Part shown: positions 1 through 8,427 of the stretch, in pieces
How positions within the stretch are numbered: the stretch's first letter is position 1
How the letters are laid out: each line of letters begins with the position of its first letter
Source: a virus
Lineage: Duplodnaviria > Caudoviricetes
DNA length: 57,034 nt
Virus record (IMG/VR): IMGVR_UViG_3300036886_000048
Location: 1 to 57,034 of that record
Direction: 5' to 3' (one strand)
The notes under the pieces: generated by a model
The model's input: the letters and a program-made list of their open reading frames with translations, nothing else
Told to the model about the DNA's origin: nothing
Database searches by the model: none
Position numbers and translations under genes: made by a program

Positions 1-148
1 AACAGGCTTGAGCGGTGACGTAACAGGCTTGAGCGGTGACGTAACAGGCTTGAGCGGTGACGTAACAGGCTTGAGCGGTAACGTAACACACTTGATCGGT
101 GACGTAACAGGCTTGATCGGTGACGTAACGTACTTGAGCGGTAACGTA
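1..148 (+). repeat. 21-bp coding tandem repeat (about 7 units)
   Basis: Unit GGT GAC GTA ACA (GGC/CAC/TAC) TTG (AGC/ATC/CGC). Confidence 0.97.
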
Positions 149-235
149 GACGACTGCGAAATTACCGAAAAAAACCGAACTGACGGGGTTAATGTTTTAG
201 ACATTGTACTGGATAACGACAATGACCCACTTTGA
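1..235 (+). CDS. C-terminal part of the same heptad-repeat protein
   Basis: Same GDVTxLx repeats, then a unique tail GNVDDCEITEKNRTDGVNVLDIV...; stop at 235. Confidence 0.85.
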   Translation, partial: TGLSGDVTGLSGDVTGLSGDVTGLSGNVTHLIGDVTGLIGDVTYLSGNVDDCEITEKNRTDGVNVLDIVLDNDNDPL

Positions 236-425
236 GTTTTCCAAAGAGCATGGTTGCAGTAGTACGCCGTGTCAAGCGCACCACTTGACTTTTGGTGGAA
301 GGTGTATAAACTGCGGTTACGATCCTGAACATCACGGCCTAGCACTGGCTCCTACGAGGGTATTTAACGCCACTAATCGGCGCTGGTATTCTGTTCCACT
401 GGCTGACGAGAAGGCAGGAGACTAA
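222..425 (+). CDS. small hypothetical protein, possible Zn-binding
   Basis: C-x2-H...CINCG; overlaps the end of the upstream gene. Confidence 0.6.
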   Translation: MTHFEFSKEHGCSSTPCQAHHLTFGGRCINCGYDPEHHGLALAPTRVFNATNRRWYSVPLADEKAGD

Positions 426-426
426 A

Positions 427-654
427 ATGCAATGTATTTGCCAAGCATTAAAAACTGAAAACCACCAGCTTAAAGAGACGGTGACATTCTTGCGCGGAGC
501 CATCAAGCAAAGTCTCGAATACGGCAATATCACCGATCCTGTATTATATCACGCCTTCGTTGCCACTGAACCCGCCCCGCTAGGCTACGTGGAGAGCGAA
601 GGGGAATTTAATCCTTTCGTGGTAGAACCTCTTGACAAACCACTGACACTGTGA
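427..654 (+). CDS. hypothetical protein
   Basis: AGGAGA RBS; tight packing. Confidence 0.65.
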   Translation: MQCICQALKTENHQLKETVTFLRGAIKQSLEYGNITDPVLYHAFVATEPAPLGYVESEGEFNPFVVEPLDKPLTL

Positions 655-660
655 AATAAT
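632..660 (+). promoter_or_regulatory. sigma70-type promoter
   Basis: TTGACA-17-AATAAT, followed by ACTTTCAAACAGGAG leader. Confidence 0.7.
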
Positions 661-687
661 ATAGCCACTTTCAAACAGGAGAATGCC

Positions 688-1080
688 ATGAAAACACCTA
701 CGGGACACGCTGGAACAGGCGCAATCCAGAACCACAGTTTAGGCGCAGATTACCCGTTTACTATTGTGGGGATCGACACCGATGTTACTATTCACCAGAA
801 GCGTCATTTTTATCGCGCCACGTTGCTGACTACTGGACAGACATGGCCAACCCGTGAAACTTATGAGGAAGCACACGCCGACATTGCCTTGATGAAACTT
901 ACGCGTGAGATTACCAAGAATTGCGCGGAGTCTACACCTTATCGTATGGGTTACATTACATATACGTCTGGATCACGCACGGGCAATCCTTACACTGCCA
1001 ATGAAAGTGACTACGGCATGTTTGGTAAAGGTCATTATGACGCCTTGAGGCTGGCAGGTTTGGAGGAGGCTACATCGTGA
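688..1080 (+). CDS. early hypothetical protein
   Basis: Promoter plus CAGGAG RBS. Confidence 0.75.
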   Translation: MKTPTGHAGTGAIQNHSLGADYPFTIVGIDTDVTIHQKRHFYRATLLTTGQTWPTRETYEEAHADIALMKLTREITKNCAESTPYRMGYITYTSGSRTGNPYTANESDYGMFGKGHYDALRLAGLEEATS

Positions 1081-1373
1081 GCAACCTTGAATGCAATTGG
1101 AATGAAACCTTAACCGGGATCGACCGGAATAACACCAAACCAATATCTGATCCTGACACGACTGCCGGGTTAGACGGCTGCACTCTTTGGGGGTTAATAC
1201 GCGAATACGTGCAAGCAGAAGCGATGTACCAAAGGCACTACGCTAATGGTGGCCCCGGCTCTTCGATAACCAAAACTGCCGCCGAACAAGTGACACGAAC
1301 AGAGACGGCTGCGCGTGATGCATTTCAAAAACTACTGCCGACTAACGTGGAGCTAAGGGGCGCGCATAAATGA
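1077..1373 (+). CDS. hypothetical protein; C-terminus (TNVELRGAHK) is read through an attC-like arm
   Basis: GGAGG RBS, GTGA overlap with upstream gene. Confidence 0.65.
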   Translation: MSNLECNWNETLTGIDRNNTKPISDPDTTAGLDGCTLWGLIREYVQAEAMYQRHYANGGPGSSITKTAAEQVTRTETAARDAFQKLLPTNVELRGAHK

Positions 1374-1429
1374 CCGAACAGAAAATACCTCCCGCTTCGG
1401 GCGAGTCCCTCTTCAGCGGCGGGTTAGAT
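1340..1429 (-). mobile_element. integron attC-like recombination site
   Basis: Minus strand ATCTAAC CCGCC GCT(G)AAG(A)GGG ... CCC CTT AGC TCCAC GTTAGTC: inverse core, 5-nt spacer, two extrahelical bases, core. Confidence 0.75.
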
Positions 1430-1585
1430 GACACGGTGCGATACTGGCTTTGCTGCGGTAGCACAGTATATCCGCATGGAGAAAAAACGTGCTACGAAGC
1501 GAAGATGGGGCATCCTGAGCATGTGCGATATGGAACGGTAAAGGATCACTCAGAATGGCAAAATAGATTGTCTTCTAACGTTTGA
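1370..1585 (+). CDS. hypothetical cassette protein
   Basis: Starts inside the loop of the first attC-like site and ends (SNV*) in the arm of the second. Confidence 0.6.
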   Translation: MTEQKIPPASGESLFSGGLDDTVRYWLCCGSTVYPHGEKTCYEAKMGHPEHVRYGTVKDHSEWQNRLSSNV

Positions 1586-1636
1586 ATTAAGGGGCAGGCC
1601 GCTTCTGGCCTATCCCGCTCGAATGATGGGTTGTAC
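1573..1636 (-). mobile_element. integron attC-like recombination site (64 bp)
   Basis: Minus strand GTACAAC CCATC ATT(C)GAG(C)GGG ATAGGCC AGAAGC GGCCTG CCC CTT AAT TCAAAC GTTAGAA. Confidence 0.85.
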
Positions 1637-1650
1637 ACCGGGCTACGAAG

Positions 1651-2268
1651 ATGAGCGTAACGAACTACGAAGTGCGACACACTGAAAGACGCGCCATAGC
1701 TGCCTTTATTGAGCAGTGGCACTACTCAGGTAGCATAAACGGGTGCATAGCGGACTATTGTTTTTCGTTGCATGACGGTGAACGGATGATCGGCGCAATG
1801 TTCTACGGGCGCATGGCAATGGCGGGACAGTGGAAACGCTTTGCTGGGCAGGAAAGTGACGTAATCGAACTGCGCCGACTTTGCTGCATAGATGATACAC
1901 CGAAGAATACGGAGAGTTTTTTTATCGGAGCAACATTGCGCTGGCTGAAACGCAACACCCCACACAGGATTGTGGTTAGCTACGCGGATGCGGAGCATGG
2001 GCATACTGGAACGATTTACCGAGCCAGCAACTTTACGCTGGAAGGGAAACGAGCCGGGGCAAGGGTAATACTCTTCAACGGGAAGCGGTATCACGACAAG
2101 GCAATACGCACGAAGTACAAAGGCGAACTAAAGCCATTTGCAGCGAGAATCAAGGCTGCACTAGAAACGGGCGAAGCGGTGTATGCAACAACAGCAGGGA
2201 AGTTTTGCTACACTTTCGCATTACGAAAACCGAAGGTGGGGCTAGGCTCTGCGAAAGGTGAAAAATGA
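1651..2268 (+). CDS. Mom-like (GNAT-fold) DNA modification protein
   Basis: HYSG, ELRRL, KNTESFFI and VSYADxxxGHxGxIYRASNF motifs. Confidence 0.8.
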   Translation: MSVTNYEVRHTERRAIAAFIEQWHYSGSINGCIADYCFSLHDGERMIGAMFYGRMAMAGQWKRFAGQESDVIELRRLCCIDDTPKNTESFFIGATLRWLKRNTPHRIVVSYADAEHGHTGTIYRASNFTLEGKRAGARVILFNGKRYHDKAIRTKYKGELKPFAARIKAALETGEAVYATTAGKFCYTFALRKPKVGLGSAKGEK

Positions 2269-2471
2269 AACTAATTAGATCAATATCTATGTACACAGAC
2301 CATACTTTTCACGGAAAACCAATCGAGACAAGCCGGGTAGACCTCTATTGCGACGAGATTCTAACACCTGAACAAATAGAGATAGAAAAGCACAACCAAG
2401 ACATGAAGCTACGCAGCATGGCCAAGCGGATGCCTCACAGGTACTGGCGTGAAGTGCCTAACGTAAAGTAG
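2265..2471 (+). CDS. hypothetical cassette protein
   Basis: ATGA overlap; ends PNVK* in an attC half-site (GCCTAAC 2456-2462). Confidence 0.6.
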   Translation: MKLIRSISMYTDHTFHGKPIETSRVDLYCDEILTPEQIEIEKHNQDMKLRSMAKRMPHRYWREVPNVK

Positions 2472-2542
2472 GGGGTCTTTTGGTGAATCTAAATTTGGCA
2501 ATTGGAGGACAGGCTGGGTTTTCTACTCGCTGAAAATAATAC

Positions 2543-2570
2543 TTGCTTTATTATTTGGTATGTGTATAAT
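2543..2570 (+). promoter_or_regulatory. sigma70-type promoter
   Basis: TTGCTT-16-TATAAT. Confidence 0.65.
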
Positions 2571-2604
2571 TAGCACATCTAAACAGCAAACCAAGGAGAA
2601 CGAA

Positions 2605-2934
2605 ATGAACTATTTGAACATCGGCTTGGCGGTTAATGACTGCAAACCTAACACAATTGAGGAAACTGTCTCAATTGTTTGCGTGGCAGGCGTAGAACTT
2701 TGTGCAGTTGAGTTACAAGAGTCCGACACAGAAGAAACCCTTGTAATATCCACGTATACCCCGGTGACTGAACAGCAACTCCACGAGATTGCCACGAAGC
2801 TGAACCAAGAGGCGGTTGCTTATTATTGTGGTAAGACTTCCAAAGGTATCTTAGTAGGCCCTAATGCTCACGCATGGGGAGACTTTAACCTAGATCGTTT
2901 TCTGTTTAATACTACGTACGGCTTAGAAACTTGA
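2605..2934 (+). CDS. putative SAM lyase (T3 gp0.3-like); paralogous to a domain of the giant protein
   Basis: AAGGAG RBS; SDTEETLVI...IATKLNQEAVAYY...GILVGP resembles the TEEKT...QDCVL pattern I recall for T3 SAMase. Confidence 0.55.
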   Translation: MNYLNIGLAVNDCKPNTIEETVSIVCVAGVELCAVELQESDTEETLVISTYTPVTEQQLHEIATKLNQEAVAYYCGKTSKGILVGPNAHAWGDFNLDRFLFNTTYGLET

Positions 2935-3103
2935 ACTAAGGGCGATTGATACCTGCAACCTTTCCATTGCACCTGCTAAACTTTTCCAGCTAAACTACCC
3001 TCAATTCGGAATAGTTTAGCTGTCCCAATTTTAGTTTACTAAACTTTAATTGATCCAGACTTCCCGGGTCACAACCACCAGTTAAAAATAATCAGTAAGC
3101 CTA

Positions 3104-3132
3104 TTGACAAACCCGAAAAATGAGAGGATAGT
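3104..3132 (+). promoter_or_regulatory. sigma70-type promoter
   Basis: TTGACA-17-GATAGT, then AACAGGAGGCTATCATG. Confidence 0.65.
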
Positions 3133-3156
3133 TCTACCTAACAACAGGAGGCTATC

Positions 3157-3561
3157 ATGGACACTACAGACGTTTACCGGGTTGAAGATATAGACGGAGC
3201 AGGAGCATTCACTTCAAGACACTTCTCCCTTTGTGACATGTTCGCAGAGTACCAGCTTAACTGGGTATACCCGTTTGCAGTTGAAGATTGCGGAAGGGAA
3301 CCATGTGAAGGCGAACTTCATGCAGTAAAGAGTTTGGAACTGTTGGCTTACTGGTTCCCTGCCGAAGCAGTAGAAGAAATGACAGGTATGGCAAGAATAA
3401 AGCACTACAGGGTTGACAGTGATAATGTAACGCACGGTAAGTTTCAGTTGATATTTGATCCGGTCCGTGCTGAACTGGTTGAAGATTTTCCTGTTTCAAA
3501 GCTGTTCGAACTTGTACCAGACTATCCCGATTTTGAAACCATCATTAGGAGGTTATCATGA
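3157..3561 (+). CDS. early hypothetical protein
   Basis: Strong RBS; VYRVE...G.G...WF...Q pattern. Confidence 0.75.
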   Translation: MDTTDVYRVEDIDGAGAFTSRHFSLCDMFAEYQLNWVYPFAVEDCGREPCEGELHAVKSLELLAYWFPAEAVEEMTGMARIKHYRVDSDNVTHGKFQLIFDPVRAELVEDFPVSKLFELVPDYPDFETIIRRLS

Positions 3562-3713
3562 AATACTTATCTTTGTATACTACGCCTTGCGGCAACGATT
3601 TAGACTTTACATTGACTGCGGAATCAGCATGGAGCAAGATCAAGCCTATATCTGAATGCACACTGGTTCAGACGCGGGTTAGGGTTACGATCCATCACGG
3701 AACCGCTTACTAA
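3558..3713 (+). CDS. 51-aa hypothetical protein (not in ORF track)
   Basis: GGAGGTTATCATGAAA start; MKYLSLYTTPCGND... Confidence 0.6.
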   Translation: MKYLSLYTTPCGNDLDFTLTAESAWSKIKPISECTLVQTRVRVTIHHGTAY

Positions 3714-3724
3714 CGGAGGTTATC

Positions 3725-3865
3725 ATGAAAGTATTCCACATCAAAATGTTGCTTGGAACCGGAGAATTAAAGCATGTTATCCGGGCGGCATACAACAAGG
3801 TCGAGGCAAGCCGTGCTGCATGTCTCGAATTCGATGGAGAACTGATTTACGTTATGGAGGATTGA
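3725..3865 (+). CDS. 46-aa hypothetical protein (not in ORF track)
   Basis: Identical GGAGGTTATCATGAAA start; MKVFHIKMLLG... Confidence 0.6.
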   Translation: MKVFHIKMLLGTGELKHVIRAAYNKVEASRAACLEFDGELIYVMED

Positions 3866-4042
3866 TGCAATGAACTCAGCACTGCCAGTTTTGATAGCCT
3901 GCCTGTTGACGCCTTGCCCGACCACGAAAGAACCTTCCGCCCGGTACAGTCTCAGCACTCAGGCTAGTTCAATCGGCCTCAAGGCAACCGGTTCATTGTC
4001 GGGCTTCAAGCCATACGATCAATTGAGGGTTGCTAAAACCCA

Positions 4043-4071
4043 TTGACAAGTTTACTAAAGTATGGTATAAT
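4043..4071 (+). promoter_or_regulatory. perfect consensus sigma70 promoter
   Basis: TTGACA-17-TATAAT with TG extended -10. Confidence 0.85.
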
Positions 4072-4529
4072 TTAGTTGTGGGAGTTTAACTCCGGGTGAC
4101 TTTAGCAGGTTGCCCGGTTATTTTGTGGGGGTCGGAATGAAAGTGGAATTGATCCGGCTCTTACTGGCCGCTGTCCTCAGTATCGCAAACCATCAAGACT
4201 GCACCGGGGTCGAGGAGTATCGTAAACATGAAGCAAAGTGGCCTCACCACCGGAAGCACCATCCAAAGCCTAAATTCTATGGTTCCCGGCCTCGCTAGAG
4301 GGGCTACAACGAGTTAACGCAAGTCTGGATAGGCTGACCTAGCTTGGGAAATCCCGCACGAACTGTCCACGGTTGTTGGCGATTCTTGAGAACCATTGAC
4401 AAACCACCTAGTCTGCCTAAAAAATAGGCAACAATCACAAAAAATAACTGGTTGATTTTATTAGACCGACATTCCCAAAGTGTCGAATTTTACGGGGTTA
4501 TACCTCAAACTTACTAACAGGAGAACTAA

Positions 4530-5624
4530 ATGGCCTCACCTTCAACTTGGGTTAATCGACAAGCTAACGGACTGCCGTTGTTGGTGGATATGCGCCATGA
4601 CGATGTACCGATAGTCAACCAGTTATCAGCCAACTCATGCTCTGCTAATTCCGCAGTTGACGTGATGGAAATATGGGAAGTATGGCACGGCACGCCTTGC
4701 ACCTTGTCCCGGTTGTTCCAGTATTACAACGAACGGACTTACACTCCGGGCGCACTGAACAGTGACAACGGCGCAGAGTCTGGCAGCGTGTTCAAGTCCG
4801 CTGCTGAATTAGGAGTGTGTCTGGAGTCTACATGGCCTTATAATCTTGCAACCGTCCAGACTAAACCATCTCAGGCAGCGTACATGGAAGCGCAAAGCCA
4901 CAAGATTACCAGTTACAGTATGCTACCGCAGGCACAACTGAAAGTCGCATTGGCTATGGGTTATCCTGTACGAGTAGCCATGAACGTTCGAACCGGCTTC
5001 TTTGACGTGTACGGCAGCAAGTCTCAGCAGACGGCACAATTCGCAACTTACCTTCAAACTCCTGTTGTTGGCGGTCATGATATGGTGATCCTTGGCTATG
5101 ACGCAAGAGATAACACCATCCTGATCCGTAACTCATGGGGGACAGGTTGGGGTGATGGTGGCTACTGTTACATGCCTGAGTCTATCCTACTGCAAGACGA
5201 ATTCAACCTTTGGGTTGTCACCGGGTACAATGGTTACACTATGCCTGCATTCTGGACACCTGACAGTACGCCAGTGTCACAGCCCACGGTTGGTGTTTAT
5301 CTTGGCCCCGGAGAACAGTTTATCTCAGCCTGTCCTGCCATGATATACGGCAACACTCCGAGGGGCATGGTCACACTCCTGAAAGCGGCACGGAACAACG
5401 TACTGGATTCGAACATTGGGACATTGGCATTGCCAGACAGAACACTTGAGGACTTGGGACTTCTCCAGCAGGGAAGTTCACTCGAAGTGCGACTGAACGG
5501 TGAACTACTTGCCAGTTTGAACACATCTAACGGTGCAAGTCACCAGTTGATCCTTGCCGATGGAAACCACGTGTTACTTAGGATTAACGCCATAATGACA
5601 CTGGATGGAACGGTAATTTCGTAA
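4530..5624 (+). CDS. papain-family (C1) cysteine peptidase with C-terminal extension
   Basis: NQ..NSCSAN, GGHDMVILGYD, IRNSWGTGWGDGGY. Confidence 0.9.
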   Translation: MASPSTWVNRQANGLPLLVDMRHDDVPIVNQLSANSCSANSAVDVMEIWEVWHGTPCTLSRLFQYYNERTYTPGALNSDNGAESGSVFKSAAELGVCLESTWPYNLATVQTKPSQAAYMEAQSHKITSYSMLPQAQLKVALAMGYPVRVAMNVRTGFFDVYGSKSQQTAQFATYLQTPVVGGHDMVILGYDARDNTILIRNSWGTGWGDGGYCYMPESILLQDEFNLWVVTGYNGYTMPAFWTPDSTPVSQPTVGVYLGPGEQFISACPAMIYGNTPRGMVTLLKAARNNVLDSNIGTLALPDRTLEDLGLLQQGSSLEVRLNGELLASLNTSNGASHQLILADGNHVLLRINAIMTLDGTVIS

Positions 5625-5640
5625 ATAGTTAAGAAAGTGC

Positions 5641-5669
5641 TTGACATTTGTACAGAATTATGAGATAAT
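5641..5669 (+). promoter_or_regulatory. sigma70-type promoter of the structural operon
   Basis: TTGACA-17-GATAAT, then a ~195-nt structured leader. Confidence 0.75.
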
Positions 5670-5867
5670 ACAGTGCCTCAAGGAGAGGAATAACAGTTTG
5701 CAACAGCAAACGTCAACCGGGACAAGGCCACAACCAAGTCCCAACCGTAACAAGGCAGCTACCACCCCGCGCACAGTGGGACTTCGAAGCTGCCTTTCCC
5801 GCTCCTAAAGCCGCCTTACGAAATCTATACGCTTCACTAATGCTACACCAAAAAGGAGACTTACGCA

Positions 5868-6968
5868 ATGAATATTTTTACAATTGGCGATTCGACTGTT
5901 GCTCACGTCGATATGGTTCTTCCCCCCTCAGTGGGTGGAAAAGACCTGTCAAGGATCATCGGGTACATCGAAAACGCTGGAGTACCGTCTGGAGTTGTTC
6001 CTGACTTCATTGGCCAAAAACTGTTTGATACGACCAACCATAACTTTTATTATGCCTACGGACTGTCTGCCGGGAACTGGCGCACTACCACTTCTATCGC
6101 GCTGAGTGCTGGAGAAGTGGCATTCTTGTCTGGAGTAACTGCCGGAACAGGTACAGTGTCTCAGGCACTTGTACTGGATGCAAGTGGCGCAGTTCAGATG
6201 CCTGCAACCGGGACACTTGGTTTGTCCTATGCCGCAGTGAACGCTGCCGGAACCACTCCGGGAACCTATGCGGCCTTGACACACCAGTTGAACTCCGTGC
6301 TGCTGGCTGATAATACGACGGGTGTCGCACTTCCTGCCGCCGTTGGTGGACAAGCCGTGTACATTCTGAATACTGTCCAAAACAAACGCCTTCAAGTTTC
6401 TCCGGTGGCTTCGGGCAATGACCAGATCAACAGCCTGACTGCAAACACTGGCGAATTTTCACTTGCTGCTGGAAAAGGCGCATGGTTTATTCCTACGTCT
6501 GCAACTCAATGGTATGTTGACCGTTCGGTTGAAAACAAACTTGGTGACAACAACGATGGGGCGACTGCTCCTGAAACAATTACCAAAAAGGCCACGATTA
6601 CCTACACAAACTTGGGTACGGCTGGCAAGGTTGACGTGTTGACCCCTGCTTCGGCAACTGCTCAGTATTACGTTTCGAACGTGGTTCTTGTTGGTGGTGG
6701 AACGAGCTTCGGGCCTACAGGCGACAGACTTGTTTCTTTGACCGATGGAACAACAGTCTGGACTACGATTGCCAATGCTGACCTTGAAGCTGCACCATCC
6801 GTTTCACTGCCGTTCGGCAATGCCAAAGTACCGTATCTTACCGGAACAATTACAACGCCAAGTGCAGCAGGCGCACAGATTTACTTCCAGTACAGTGGAG
6901 GAACAACAGATGAAACCACGGCAGGGTCGATTGACTTTTTTGTTACATTGACCAAAGCAACCGTATAA
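5868..6968 (+). CDS. putative virion structural protein
   Basis: AAGGAG RBS; Thr/Ala/Gly-rich, beta-type composition. Confidence 0.6.
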   Translation: MNIFTIGDSTVAHVDMVLPPSVGGKDLSRIIGYIENAGVPSGVVPDFIGQKLFDTTNHNFYYAYGLSAGNWRTTTSIALSAGEVAFLSGVTAGTGTVSQALVLDASGAVQMPATGTLGLSYAAVNAAGTTPGTYAALTHQLNSVLLADNTTGVALPAAVGGQAVYILNTVQNKRLQVSPVASGNDQINSLTANTGEFSLAAGKGAWFIPTSATQWYVDRSVENKLGDNNDGATAPETITKKATITYTNLGTAGKVDVLTPASATAQYYVSNVVLVGGGTSFGPTGDRLVSLTDGTTVWTTIANADLEAAPSVSLPFGNAKVPYLTGTITTPSAAGAQIYFQYSGGTTDETTAGSIDFFVTLTKATV

Positions 6969-7083
6969 TAATGGGGATGCCTCAGGGGGGAAAAACCCAT
7001 AAGTACCCCGGAACGGGTTTTACATCATGACTTTTTTGACATTCCTCAAAGATTTATTCACATTCAAGACAAAGGATATACCA

Positions 7084-7362
7084 ATGCTTACAATCCATAA
7101 CGTAATTGCAGAAAAAATTGCTGCCGCTACCGCGAAGGCAGCCACACTTACCGCAGAAGCAGAAGCAGTTGCCACACAGGAAATTGCCGCTGCAAGGGAC
7201 AAACTTGCAAAAGTGAAGGCCGAAATCGAACCCTCAGTCTCTGCCGAAATTGTTTCACTCAAAAATGACTTGGCAAACGTGGAAGCTGCCGGGGAAACAT
7301 TTTTTAATAAGGGTGTTGACGAACTCAAATCCCTGTTTGATGCAGTGAGCAAACATCTATGA
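7084..7362 (+). CDS. Ala-rich helical hypothetical protein
   Basis: AAGGA RBS before ATG 7084 (the ORF track starts at 7027). Confidence 0.65.
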   Translation: MLTIHNVIAEKIAAATAKAATLTAEAEAVATQEIAAARDKLAKVKAEIEPSVSAEIVSLKNDLANVEAAGETFFNKGVDELKSLFDAVSKHL

Positions 7363-7420
7363 AAACCCTTTCAGGCGGTTGCGGGAAGCCCACACCTAAA
7401 CCTCCCAAAAAATAATTCAA

Positions 7421-7714
7421 ATGTTCGTCCGGTTAAAGTTTATAGTCGCGGACTATTGCAAAAAAGTTTTAACCGCCCGGAACAACCGCGATTGGAGTGC
7501 CACAAAACTTATTGTCCTGATGGGTTCTGGTGTGATGATGTTCGAATTCGTCTACTCCCATTCACAGGAATATTTGCAGTTGGGATTAGGCCTCAGTGCT
7601 TTGATTGCAGCGTTGGCTGGCAAATACTTCGTGGAAAATTCCAACTCGGATGAAGAACCTCGTACTGGTGGTGGTACAGACCACGACCATCCAAGAATAG
7701 ACAAGGATGCTTAA
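7421..7714 (+). CDS. putative holin-like membrane protein
   Basis: Two hydrophobic segments and a charged C-tail. Confidence 0.45.
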   Translation: MFVRLKFIVADYCKKVLTARNNRDWSATKLIVLMGSGVMMFEFVYSHSQEYLQLGLGLSALIAALAGKYFVENSNSDEEPRTGGGTDHDHPRIDKDA

Positions 7715-8170
7715 ATGAGAATATCCAAAGATTCAATAACCCGGATTGCTGCCGACACTACCCAATATTCACTTGGGGATGTTATTACAAATACGGTTGC
7801 CTCAGTATTAAGGTTTGCTACAAACAATAGTTCTGGTTCAATCAATTCTGCAATACTGGTCGATTCGGTAATTGCTGGTGGAACCAAACTTCAAGCTGAT
7901 TTGCTTTTATATTCGGCTGCTCCGACAATCGCAGCAGACAATGCCGCGTTTAGTCCGACTGCCGCACAGGAAACAAACTTGGTTGCAGTAGTTCCGTTTT
8001 TGACAGCAAATTTTGTGGGAGCCGTAACCGCAGGGCATACGGTAAGTGTTCTGACTGCCCCAATTCCATTTGTAGCTCCTGACGGAGTTTTGTACGGAGT
8101 TTTAGTTGCGCGTAGTACGTATACGCCAACTGGAGCAGAGGTAATTACTATCAATTTAGGTATAGTGTGA
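7715..8170 (+). CDS. putative virion protein
   Basis: Beta-rich; contiguous in the operon. Confidence 0.55.
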   Translation: MRISKDSITRIAADTTQYSLGDVITNTVASVLRFATNNSSGSINSAILVDSVIAGGTKLQADLLLYSAAPTIAADNAAFSPTAAQETNLVAVVPFLTANFVGAVTAGHTVSVLTAPIPFVAPDGVLYGVLVARSTYTPTGAEVITINLGIV

Positions 8171-8427
8171 TGACTGTTCCGAATGGTTGGCAACTCGATA
8201 AGACCGTTTCGATTGGGCATATTGTTACCACATTGACAATTATCATATCTTTGTTTGTCTGGATTGAGAGAGTTGACTTACGGCTCATTGTTTTAGAAAC
8301 AGAGATTGTCCAAATGAAGGGTAATGAATCCCGGTTAGAAGCCACTCAGAAAGAAAACGTTGACGAACTAAAATCCATTCTGTTACGAATTGAACAGAAA
8401 CTGGACGACAAGGCCGATAAAAAATGA
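8167..8427 (+). CDS. membrane-anchored coiled-coil protein
   Basis: One TM segment, then coiled coil ending IEQKLD. Confidence 0.6.
   Translation: MMTVPNGWQLDKTVSIGHIVTTLTIIISLFVWIERVDLRLIVLETEIVQMKGNESRLEATQKENVDELKSILLRIEQKLDDKADKK

Noticed and set aside
2997-4030. Invertible segment bounded by ACCCTCAATT/AATTGAGGGT
   Set aside because: Only 10 bp, no invertase, and the genes inside keep the regional orientation.
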